Origin: a virus
Taxonomy: Duplodnaviria > Caudoviricetes
Reading direction: 5' to 3' (one strand)
Length of the DNA: 53,702 bases
Virus record (IMG/VR): IMGVR_UViG_3300033153_001952
Location: 1 to 53,702 of that record
Shown: positions 9,795 through 18,326 of the stretch, one piece after another
Layout of the letters: every line of letters begins with the position of its first letter
Position numbering within the stretch: position 1 is the stretch's first letter
Program-made: the position numbers and the translations under genes
Notes under the pieces: model-generated
Database searches by the model: none
What the model was told of the DNA's origin: nothing
Seen by the model: the letters and a program-made list of their open reading frames with translations, nothing else

Positions 9795-10796
9795 TTAAGC
9801 CTCCTTAGCTGTACAATCCCTACATACAATATTCTCGTAAATAGCGAGTAATTTATTATTAAAGAATTCAGGGTCTACTGAATCGGGTAAGTCGCTACTA
9901 TCCGCTAATTTGCTAACAATGTCAACAATACTTTCGAGCTCTGGCTGAACATTGGTTGTAAAGTCAAACCTACCTTGCTTCACATCGAGAATATACCGAG
10001 TCTCAGGTAGTGGATAAGAGAACGTGCCTTCTGAGTATAGATACTTTAGTTGGTAGCCAGCACGTAGTGCGTGAGATACAGCTTTCCAATCTACACCATT
10101 ATTCTCTTTAGCTAGCCGAGCTCTCTCACCATACTCACCCCACATCCTATCGAGGTGTCCACGAAACTCCTCTAACTTGACAGTAGATTGATACTTGCGA
10201 CCTAGAATCTCGTAGAATACATGGTTACCAGTACCAGTCTCCATAACAACAACACCTGAGTGGTCTGTCTTAGGGAGTAACCTGATAATATCACCTACAA
10301 TTGCGTACCTATCAGGTACACCTCCCTCTCTAAATATGTCGTCATGTTCGCTAACCTCTGAGATAGCTTCTTCAAGGGTCTTCATCCGTGAGCCTTTAAT
10401 ACCGTATTTATATGCCTGCTTCTTAACGTAGCCCATGTACGCGCTCATATCCTTGGATAGGAATAGCTCTCGGTTAGCCACAAGCCAATCCCACAAAGGG
10501 GATGATTCAAGGAAATGCGTGGCCGGTGCGTGGAGCATATCAATAGCAACAGTCTCTCCTTTGATAGCTAGTTTCAGGAATGCTTGGAGGGAGTACATCT
10601 CAGTATCTACATCGTCTGCACCATTCTTACTGTTATTATCTCCAGTGGATTCTGCATATGAGAAGTTACCCTCTCCTTTGAGAATCTGTTCCTTAGTAGG
10701 CAGAGAGATGCCCTTATAGTCACGGTCAGACTCTGGGGTATCCAATCCGTACATATGACTGCCGAACAGCATCTTTACAATTACTTTATTCTCCAT
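9795..10796 (-). CDS. DNA pol-beta superfamily nucleotidyltransferase (RlaP/T4 NrdC.11-like)
   Basis: FGSHMYGLDTPESDRDYKG; KAVSHALR; start moved to MENKV. Confidence 0.85.
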   Translation of the reverse strand: MENKVIVKMLFGSHMYGLDTPESDRDYKGISLPTKEQILKGEGNFSYAESTGDNNSKNGADDVDTEMYSLQAFLKLAIKGETVAIDMLHAPATHFLESSPLWDWLVANRELFLSKDMSAYMGYVKKQAYKYGIKGSRMKTLEEAISEVSEHDDIFREGGVPDRYAIVGDIIRLLPKTDHSGVVVMETGTGNHVFYEILGRKYQSTVKLEEFRGHLDRMWGEYGERARLAKENNGVDWKAVSHALRAGYQLKYLYSEGTFSYPLPETRYILDVKQGRFDFTTNVQPELESIVDIVSKLADSSDLPDSVDPEFFNNKLLAIYENIVCRDCTAKEA

Positions 10797-10953
10797 TATC
10801 AACCTCCTCTTCAATAAGTTTAGCATTCTCCATCCTCACTATACGCATAGCTTCCTCATAAGTCCAGTAGTTTGAGTCCTGAACCTCATACATAGTGCAA
10901 TAACCATCATCTTCAAAGTAGATGTTGTAGTAGCAACCTTCAAAATTAGACAT
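10786..10953 (-). CDS. Small acidic hypothetical protein (not in track)
   Basis: GGAGG RBS; MSNFEGCYYNIY...DNGE*. Confidence 0.5.
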   Translation of the reverse strand: MSNFEGCYYNIYFEDDGYCTMYEVQDSNYWTYEEAMRIVRMENAKLIEEEVDNGE

Positions 10954-10970
10954 TAACCCTCCTAAGTAAT

Positions 10971-11010
10971 TACTTCTTGACTTTAAGCTCTAAATATGTT
11001 ATAATCCGCC
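10971..11010 (+). promoter_or_regulatory. Strong promoter for the first structural block
   Basis: TTGACT-17-TATAAT with extended -10 TG; near copy at 17420-17459. Confidence 0.75.
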
Positions 11011-11011
11011 G

Positions 11012-11209
11012 CTAAATGTTCTTATGTTTGTCACATATAGAGAATAGGTCTTCAAGGACTATAAGGTTCTCTAGACAATAATCATCCCTGTCAGAATAAG
11101 TCTCTTCGTGGTGCTCGCAGTTAATGCAGCAGTCGGGGAATGCCACTGGGCGCAATGTCACAGCAGGCTTAAGTTCAATAGTTGGTTTCTTAAAATCAAC
11201 AACACTCAT
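11012..11209 (-). CDS. Cys-rich hypothetical protein
   Basis: CCINC...C...CDKH; own promoter TTGACA-17-TAGTAT at 11274..11246. Confidence 0.55.
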   Translation of the reverse strand: MSVVDFKKPTIELKPAVTLRPVAFPDCCINCEHHEETYSDRDDYCLENLIVLEDLFSICDKHKNI

Positions 11210-11294
11210 TTCAATACCACCCCTTTAGTTATTCAAGTTGCAGATATACTAGCAGCTTAGTAGAGGCGTGTCAACAATTAGGAGAATAATAATT

Positions 11295-11618
11295 ATGGGT
11301 CAATCAATATTAGAAGTAGCAGACTCTACAACTATTGCACTAGGAGATGCAGGTACTGTCGATGGTAACGGTAGAATGCACAAAGTCCTCAAACAGAATA
11401 CAACACTACAGCTCATTGCGACAGGTACTGTAACATTCCAAGTATACGGGGCCAGTTCGAGTGCCAGCACTTTTGGAGATGCAGCGCTAACTTTAGAGGT
11501 TACACTGACCGACGAAGCTCAGTTATATGATATAACCACATACGCTGAACATGTTGGTGTAGCTATCACGGCAAGCTCAGGGTCAGCTCGTGCTTTCCTT
11601 GGAGCAGAGTATGCGTAG
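11295..11618 (+). CDS. Putative virion protein
   Basis: AGGAG RBS before MGQSIL; beta-rich Thr/Ala/Gly composition. Confidence 0.55.
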   Translation: MGQSILEVADSTTIALGDAGTVDGNGRMHKVLKQNTTLQLIATGTVTFQVYGASSSASTFGDAALTLEVTLTDEAQLYDITTYAEHVGVAITASSGSARAFLGAEYA

Positions 11619-13989
11619 GATAGGTGGCGGGTCTTTAGTACCGCTTGCGCTGAGGGTGATAGCTCTTGCCGAGAGCGCAATATCACCACTTATGCGTTTA
11701 CTTGGTCTAAATAGATACATACGCACCTTTGACGGCACAGACACCTACGGTACGCTTGCAGACTCTGTGACGTTTACAGGGGATTTTGAGGTTGCGTTTG
11801 AGTTTGCCGCGCCTTCCTCAGCAACTGAAAGGAAGATAGTTGGTAGTTCAACATCTACACATTACATAGCTCTAAACACCTCTGGAGTGCTCTTCGCTGC
11901 ATTTAAGAATGCCGCTGGTGGTAATGCATTTCTAACTATACTAAATACCGATTGGGGAGACTCTAAGCTCCATAAAGGAAAGTTTACCCGAGTAGGTGAC
12001 ACCTTTACTTTGACCTGTGATGAGGGATCAGCTAATACTACCTCTGTGGGTGCGCTGTCCTGTTTTTATAGTCGGATAGGTATCTTAAATACAACGCAGT
12101 ATTTCAAAGGCGAAATCCTTTCTGTAGAGTTCACCGACAACGCCACAGAAGATGAGCTATTCCACGGTCTCACCCTCTCAGACTACCTCGATGCTGATGG
12201 AAGCTATGAGCGTGAGATAGCCACTTATGATGGGTCTGCTATGTATGGGACGCTTGGAGCGCCTGTTACGTTAGCGGCCTCTGATACTATTAAGATTAAG
12301 TTTGCGAATGTTACAACATACACATCAGCAACACATTTGACAGATGGGATTGACTCTAGTGATAGAGGGTACATATTTGCCTCTGCAACAAATAAAGTCA
12401 CATGGAATACTTCTGTATTCTCTGGGTGTACGCTTGACGGTGTAGCGGCCACCAGCGGTACTACAGTTATGCCCACGGATGGCAAAACGCACATATTTGA
12501 ATTAACCGCAAGCGCCACAGCAGTGCTAGGTACTGTTGGCTGCAACATCAATCAGACAGCAGGGACATTCTTTCTGGGAGAAATCCTCTCCCTCTCCACC
12601 ACCATCTCAAGCGTCACCACCACCTACCCCCTAAACTCAGGCTCCACTCTATACGAGATGCCAGAAGGGGAGGTGCTGGGAAGTGAGGAGGTTGCAGACC
12701 CAACCTTCGATACAGCCTGTGGAGTTAACTGGGGGTGTGAAACTGGATGGTCTATTGCTGGAGGTAAGGCAAGCTGTGACGGAACCCAAACAGGCAATTC
12801 AAGGGTTTCAGAAGTTATCACCGGCCTGTCAGCGGGGCAGACATACCAGCTTCAGGCAAATATCACACGGGTAGCAGGAGCCACTCGATTCTATGTCAGT
12901 GGGTTTGCCTCCGCCTCAGTCACGGACTCAGGGGTAAGAACTATCACCTTCACTGCTGGGGCATCAACCCTCGATATAGGTGTTCTTGGTGATGCCTCGT
13001 TTGTTGGTGATGTAGATGATCTCACCGTCAAACACATCCCCTCCGCCCTAATCTACACAGGCTTTGAGGCTGGAGACTGGAACACCTACGCTCGTAGCCC
13101 TGCCAGTGCTAACTACATCATTGATAATGATAGCACCCTGTATACACAGGCTCGTGGGTATGGGTTGGGGAGTGAGGAGGTTACTAATGGTGATGTCTCT
13201 GACGGCACTACAGGATGGACACCGGGCGATGCAGCCTCATTAGCGGCTGTCGATGATACATTAGAAGTTACCAACGGTAATGGGTATGACTGGGCACAAC
13301 AGTCATTCGCTACTGTGGCGGGCGAGTCATACTTTTTCGACATTGATCTACGGGCTGGAACAGGTAGCGCTGTAGCTGAGATTATCGGCATATCGGGAGC
13401 AGTTACAGCGGTAATCTCGTCAGGGACTTTTGTGAAGGAGTCGTTTACCTTTACGGCCACTGGATCAGCACATCAAATCAAACTGAAAGTCCAGTCAGCC
13501 ACAGCTAGTCACACAGCTTACTTCGATAACATATCCGTAAAGCACATCCCCAAAGCAATCCTCTGGACAAACTTCACCTCCTCAGACATCGAACTATTCA
13601 CCTACAACCAGCAGGCAGTACGATGGGAGGGCGTGGAGCGTATCACTAATGGTGGGTTTGGTGCTGATACAGATTGGAGTAAGCAGTCAGGGTGGAGTAT
13701 CGCAGGCGGGGTCAGTGTTGCTACCGCTGCTGATGGAACTTCACTATATCAAACAGGCGCTGTTGTCATCGGTCAAAGGTTTGCCGTCACCTACTCTTGT
13801 GTAAATATCACCGATGGAACTTTCACAACCATATGCGGTGGTACTTTTGGTGCAGGCCACACAGCAGTAGGTACTTACTCGGAAGTATTGGAGGCGGCAT
13901 CAAATACAAACATGAACTTGTTTGCTGCGGTGACCCTGACAGCGACATTCGACAACGTATCCGTCAAACGTGTATTGGAGTGCAGCTAA
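11611..13989 (+). CDS. Large modular virion/adhesion protein (LamG-like and carbohydrate-binding-like repeats)
   Basis: Internal repeats DGxxxYGTL, GEILS, GSEEV, D(D/N)xxVK. Confidence 0.6.
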   Translation: MRRIGGGSLVPLALRVIALAESAISPLMRLLGLNRYIRTFDGTDTYGTLADSVTFTGDFEVAFEFAAPSSATERKIVGSSTSTHYIALNTSGVLFAAFKNAAGGNAFLTILNTDWGDSKLHKGKFTRVGDTFTLTCDEGSANTTSVGALSCFYSRIGILNTTQYFKGEILSVEFTDNATEDELFHGLTLSDYLDADGSYEREIATYDGSAMYGTLGAPVTLAASDTIKIKFANVTTYTSATHLTDGIDSSDRGYIFASATNKVTWNTSVFSGCTLDGVAATSGTTVMPTDGKTHIFELTASATAVLGTVGCNINQTAGTFFLGEILSLSTTISSVTTTYPLNSGSTLYEMPEGEVLGSEEVADPTFDTACGVNWGCETGWSIAGGKASCDGTQTGNSRVSEVITGLSAGQTYQLQANITRVAGATRFYVSGFASASVTDSGVRTITFTAGASTLDIGVLGDASFVGDVDDLTVKHIPSALIYTGFEAGDWNTYARSPASANYIIDNDSTLYTQARGYGLGSEEVTNGDVSDGTTGWTPGDAASLAAVDDTLEVTNGNGYDWAQQSFATVAGESYFFDIDLRAGTGSAVAEIIGISGAVTAVISSGTFVKESFTFTATGSAHQIKLKVQSATASHTAYFDNISVKHIPKAILWTNFTSSDIELFTYNQQAVRWEGVERITNGGFGADTDWSKQSGWSIAGGVSVATAADGTSLYQTGAVVIGQRFAVTYSCVNITDGTFTTICGGTFGAGHTAVGTYSEVLEAASNTNMNLFAAVTLTATFDNVSVKRVLECS

Positions 13990-14237
13990 TGGTTATAGCT
14001 AAAGATAAGCTAATGCACTTCGGCGGCGGCATCGTTCTAGCTGCCTTTGGTGCTACTCTAACTTACCTTCCCCCTATAGAAGCTGGGCTGGCCTTGGCTG
14101 CTGCTGTGGGCATTGGTAAGGAGGTATGGGACAAGCTCACCGGACGCGGTACACCAGAGGTGATGGACGCGGTTGCTACATTTGCAGGAGGCGTGTTGCT
14201 GGTGGCTTTGTTAGGAGCCTTTACCTATAGCGCATAG
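13989..14237 (+). CDS. Small membrane protein (VanZ-like DKxxH)
   Basis: KDKLMHF, KEVWD, D..AT..GG, three hydrophobic segments; TAATG overlap. Confidence 0.65.
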   Translation: MVIAKDKLMHFGGGIVLAAFGATLTYLPPIEAGLALAAAVGIGKEVWDKLTGRGTPEVMDAVATFAGGVLLVALLGAFTYSA

Positions 14238-14360
14238 GCTCCTTACCAAAGAGTCTAACTGGAGTTTTAAAATAAAGTTAACACTAATCATAGCTTATTA
14301 ATAAAGATAAGCTAATTACACTACCCAATATGGGTTTATTTAATAATCAGGAGAAACAAA

Positions 14361-15050
14361 ATGGCTAATAAGACATACCTAACACAAGACGATGCACCGA
14401 GCACACTGCAAGCAATCCGCGCAGGTAACGGTGGTCAACCTGAATCAGTAACTGCTGGCGGCGTACAGGCCGCAGGTTCTGTTCAATTCTCAGCTAACCC
14501 TACCGATGGTGATACTATCGTTATGAATGGCGTAACAGTTACCTTTGGTGCTGCTGGTGATGTTGCAGTCGTAACAGACCTTGCAACTACGCTTGACGAC
14601 CTACGCATCTTCCTCGAAGCTTCTGTAGATGCTCTGTTGACTGTTGCTACATACACCGACGACAACACAGATCTACTCACTGTCACTTATGATACTAATG
14701 CTGCTGCTGGTAATGAGTACACCATCGACGTATCTGACCTAACTGCTACACCTACTGCTGCTGATGCAACTCTGGAAGGTGGTTCTGATACGGAAGAAGT
14801 GTCTCTCGACACAGAGAACAGCACTTATGCTATGACAGCTGCTGTTGCACAAGACTTCACCCTTGCTGATGGTATTGAATTCCAGCGTAAGGCTCTCGTG
14901 ATGACTGCTACTAGCGGCTCTGTTGTAATCACTCCTACTAATCTGACAGGTGGTACTACTATCACTCTGGATGCCGCAGCTGAGTATTCTAATCTGCAAT
15001 TCCTGAATGGTTCGTGGGTTCAGGTAGCAGGTACAGCTACTGTAGCTTAA
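14361..15050 (+). CDS. Putative abundant virion (decoration) protein
   Basis: AGGAG RBS; Thr/Ala/Asp-rich; codon usage resembles the capsid gene; followed by a hairpin. Confidence 0.55.
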   Translation: MANKTYLTQDDAPSTLQAIRAGNGGQPESVTAGGVQAAGSVQFSANPTDGDTIVMNGVTVTFGAAGDVAVVTDLATTLDDLRIFLEASVDALLTVATYTDDNTDLLTVTYDTNAAAGNEYTIDVSDLTATPTAADATLEGGSDTEEVSLDTENSTYAMTAAVAQDFTLADGIEFQRKALVMTATSGSVVITPTNLTGGTTITLDAAAEYSNLQFLNGSWVQVAGTATVA

Positions 15051-15059
15051 TAAGCTTCT

Positions 15060-15085
15060 AATAGCTCTTCTCACGAGGGGCTATT
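15060..15085 (+). terminator. Hairpin / possible terminator
   Basis: AATAGCTCTT / GAGGGGCTATT inverted repeat. Confidence 0.5.
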
Positions 15086-15108
15086 GTAGGTTTAACTAGA
15101 GAATAATT

Positions 15109-16443
15109 ATGACTGAAGATGAGATTAGGTTTAATAAGAAGTTCATATGGATGCGCGAGAATGAGCCCGAGAAGTTGGCTAAAGTATTACGCGCAATGTC
15201 TGAAGAAGAGCTTAAGTCGATTCTTTATGATTGGAACTTATGGGCAAGACCTAATCAGCTAGCACCGAAGGGTGACTGGCGTACTTGGCTTGTTCTAGCA
15301 GGAAGAGGTTTTGGGAAGACGCGATGCGCTAATGAGTGGGTAATTCAGAGAGCTCGTGAAGGTAAGGGGCCGATTGCATTGATTGGCAAGACTACATCGG
15401 ATGTACGTGATACTATCATAGAGGTAGGTGAGTCTTCTATAATGAAGATTTCACATCCAGACTTCAAACCTATCTACGAGCCTTCTAAGCGCCGCTTGAC
15501 GTGGCCTAACGGTGTTACAGCCACTACCTTCTCTGGTGATGAGTGGGATCAGCTACGTGGCCCACAGCATAGAACTGTACTAATTGATGAGCTACCTAAG
15601 TTCGCTAATCCTGAAGAACTCTACACTCAGATGGATATGGGATTACGTATTGGTGATGATGCTCAGTGTATTGTATCTACAACACCATTACCAATTAAAA
15701 TAATCAAAGAGCTGTATGAGAAGTCTCAAATTGAAGGTAGCGATGTAGTACTCTCCACTGGCTCCACAATGGATAATGCAGCTAACCTAGGAAAGCGCTC
15801 AGTGGCCTCAATGGTGGCTAGATACAAAGGTACACGTATGGAGCGTCAGGAGCTCTATGGTGAGATTTTATGGTCTAGTGAAGATGCTCTATTTACTAAT
15901 GAGAATTTAGATGAGTTTAGAATTAGTCTAGAAGCTCTACCTGAGATGGTTAGAATAGTAGTTGCTGTTGACCCTGCTGTTACAAACAATAAGAATAGTG
16001 ACTCTACAGCTATCGTAGTGGCTGGTATGGATGCGCGTGGTCATGGCTATGTATTATTTGATGGTACTATGAAGGGTACACCCTCGGCATGGGCTAAGCG
16101 CACTGTAGCGTTATATGATGAGTATTGTGCAGATGTTGTATCTGTAGAGACTAATCAGGGCGGTGACTTGGTAGTAAGCACATTAGAGCAGCAGCGTAGG
16201 AATCTCCCAATCAAGAAGATACATGCGTCTAAGAGTAAGATTGCAAGAATGGAGCCTATCTCACTCTTAGCAGAGCAAGGTAAGGTTCACATGGTTGGAT
16301 ACTTTAAAGAGCTTGAGCAGCAATGCGTAGAGTATTCTGGCAAAGGCCCAAGTCCAGATAGATATGATGCTATGTGTTATGCACTCTCTGAGCTTATGTT
16401 AGGTAAAGTTAGCTCAGCTAGCACTAGCCAGTTTCATTATTGA
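15109..16443 (+). CDS. terL: Terminase large subunit
   Basis: GRGFGKT Walker A, VLIDE Walker B, VAVDPA and PDRYDA nuclease motifs. Confidence 0.95.
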   Translation: MTEDEIRFNKKFIWMRENEPEKLAKVLRAMSEEELKSILYDWNLWARPNQLAPKGDWRTWLVLAGRGFGKTRCANEWVIQRAREGKGPIALIGKTTSDVRDTIIEVGESSIMKISHPDFKPIYEPSKRRLTWPNGVTATTFSGDEWDQLRGPQHRTVLIDELPKFANPEELYTQMDMGLRIGDDAQCIVSTTPLPIKIIKELYEKSQIEGSDVVLSTGSTMDNAANLGKRSVASMVARYKGTRMERQELYGEILWSSEDALFTNENLDEFRISLEALPEMVRIVVAVDPAVTNNKNSDSTAIVVAGMDARGHGYVLFDGTMKGTPSAWAKRTVALYDEYCADVVSVETNQGGDLVVSTLEQQRRNLPIKKIHASKSKIARMEPISLLAEQGKVHMVGYFKELEQQCVEYSGKGPSPDRYDAMCYALSELMLGKVSSASTSQFHY

Positions 16444-17358
16444 TTACATATACTCCATATCACGCCAGCCGTAGTACCTAGGGAAGCGTGGCTTATCCTT
16501 AACCCCATAACCAAAGAAGCGCATTGTGAAGGTTCTTCCCTCACTGGCCTCTTGACCTGCATCCCAGATCTCCTTCCTCTCATCGTGTTTAAGGATGCCA
16601 CAACCTACATCTAAGGTAAGGCCATCCATATCGACAATAAACCCGCCCAACGTGTTTGCAGGAACCATACCAGCCTTGTGTGAACTACGCTGTGACCGGC
16701 CAAGCTCATTAGTGGTCTTCTTATTGGTGTTGGTCATTTGCTCAACTAGTGAGATGACAGTTACCTCCACATCAGTGAAGCGCTTGAGCTTAAACAGTGA
16801 ACCTTGCTTCATAGTAGCTCGACCATACTTATAAGTGCCATCTACACTACGGCCCATGATTCCTTCATAGCCAGCATCGAGCTGAGTTTTCTCAAATACT
16901 TCTAAGTCAGTTAAGTTTCCGATAAGGCTGTGCGGGACTAGTTTAACTTGCGGGTGACTATAAGCTTCTACTAAATCTCTTGCGCGAGCATATCTCACAT
17001 GGAACGGCTCATCTTTATACTCATCTTCATTAGTGTCAAATACATAGAGAGTTACATCGTCAATAGAGCGAGCTTCTTTCTTCTTCATGATTACGCGCTG
17101 AGTGTTGTTGTACACATCCTCATCTGTAGGGCTACCAACTATAAACTCACCATCAAGACCGTGAAAGCTTCCAAACGTACCTACTAGTAAGGTGTTAGGT
17201 AAATCTTTCAAAGTACGACTCAGGACGCGCCCATCGCGTATATTGGTACGAATACCATCTAATTTAGGCGAAGCCATTGTAGGGAGTTGAACCAAGTCAA
17301 AGAACGCTGGGTTCTTTAGTGGGTCATCGTTTGGTGCAAGCATTGTCTTGAATGTCAT
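16444..17358 (-). CDS. ATP-dependent DNA ligase
   Basis: SPKLDGIR (KxDG), LDGE, YVFD, EGIM, KLK, PRFP; GGAGG RBS before MTFKTMLA. Confidence 0.93.
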   Translation of the reverse strand: MTFKTMLAPNDDPLKNPAFFDLVQLPTMASPKLDGIRTNIRDGRVLSRTLKDLPNTLLVGTFGSFHGLDGEFIVGSPTDEDVYNNTQRVIMKKKEARSIDDVTLYVFDTNEDEYKDEPFHVRYARARDLVEAYSHPQVKLVPHSLIGNLTDLEVFEKTQLDAGYEGIMGRSVDGTYKYGRATMKQGSLFKLKRFTDVEVTVISLVEQMTNTNKKTTNELGRSQRSSHKAGMVPANTLGGFIVDMDGLTLDVGCGILKHDERKEIWDAGQEASEGRTFTMRFFGYGVKDKPRFPRYYGWRDMEYM

Positions 17359-17385
17359 AAAACCTCCTTCGATAGTTAATAAATC

Positions 17386-17459
17386 ACTATAACACACTAC
17401 AAACTAGTATGCAAGCAAATACTTCTTGACTTTATAAGCTAATTATGTTATACTCCGCC
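17386..17459. promoter_or_regulatory. Divergent promoters (ligase leftward; tRNA/head genes rightward)
   Basis: Minus TTGCAT-17-TATAGT (17414..17386); plus TTGACT-17-TATACT (17426..17454). Confidence 0.7.
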
Positions 17460-17468
17460 TCTTGTATT

Positions 17469-17545
17469 GCTTGTGTAGCTCCAATTGGTAGAGCACCTGT
17501 TTTGTAATCAGGATGTTGTAGGTTCAAGTCCTATCATAAGCTCCA
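17469..17545 (+). tRNA. tRNA-Thr(TGT)
   Basis: Cloverleaf, loop TT-TGT-AA, GGTTCAAGTCC, encoded CCA; T:T mismatch at the last anticodon-stem pair. Confidence 0.9.
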
Positions 17546-17551
17546 AACAAT

Positions 17552-17626
17552 TCCTCGGAACGTATAGGGTATACGGGCTGACTGTTAATCAGTTGTTACT
17601 TGGTTCGATGCCAAGTCGGGGAGCCA
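17552..17626 (+). tRNA. tRNA-Asn(GTT)
   Basis: Anticodon arm GCTGA-CTGTTAA-TCAGT, GGTTCGATGCC, GCCA end; atypical D arm. Confidence 0.85.
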
Positions 17627-17719
17627 ATAAGTAAAGTGTAGCAGAGTGGAATGAGTTTAGCAACTATCTTTCCCCACTATAAATAATAATAAAGAAAGTG
17701 TTCGTTTAGTAGTTCATCT

Positions 17720-17890
17720 TTAGAGGGTGGATGTGCCTGACCTCACTCAGAGTGCTCAGGATAAAACAGCGATTATGTGGTGTCAACTAGTTATTTAGAT
17801 TAGTTGCTAGGATTCCTCACGGATGAGGACGGGGTTTATGAGTATCCCTCGACAGTAGATTCACTATCTATTCAAAACTGCGCTGATAAT
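17720..17890 (+). ncRNA. Candidate structured RNA
   Basis: ORF-free tract with at least four hand-found hairpins. Confidence 0.4.
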
Positions 17891-18009
17891 AACTACTAAC
17901 TGATTAGAGTAACTAATTTAAGTAATAGAGAAGTATAAGAGGTAGGGTCACTAATATCCCTAACCACTATATACCCTCTAAGTGACAACTATATCTTGGA
18001 GAAAATAGC

Positions 18010-18315
18010 TTGGCCTTAATTAATAGTTTATATAACTACCACCCTGATGAGCATCCCACAGAAGAGGAAGCATGTCAGCCTGATTTTCATTATGAACTAT
18101 TCTCCATCTTACGTAAACAAGTTAGAAAAGACAAGCCTAAGTACAAGGTAAGGTCACTACATCAAATATACAAATATTTCTGTGAGCAATCACAAACCCG
18201 CATGAGACATAAAACTCGTGACGGTAAGACACTCTGGCTGTATCAAGTAGCTAGATATATAGAACGCCATCAATATGTCCACTGTGACATGAGGGCTTTC
18301 AAAACAAACATCTAG
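18010..18315 (+). CDS. Basic hypothetical protein upstream of portal
   Basis: GGAG RBS before TTG start. Confidence 0.55.
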   Translation: MALINSLYNYHPDEHPTEEEACQPDFHYELFSILRKQVRKDKPKYKVRSLHQIYKYFCEQSQTRMRHKTRDGKTLWLYQVARYIERHQYVHCDMRAFKTNI

Positions 18316-18326
18316 GGACTTCGCTT

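Noticed and set aside
17630-17680. Possible third tRNA (GTAAAGTGTAGCAGAGTGG...)
   Set aside because: No T arm or matching acceptor strand.
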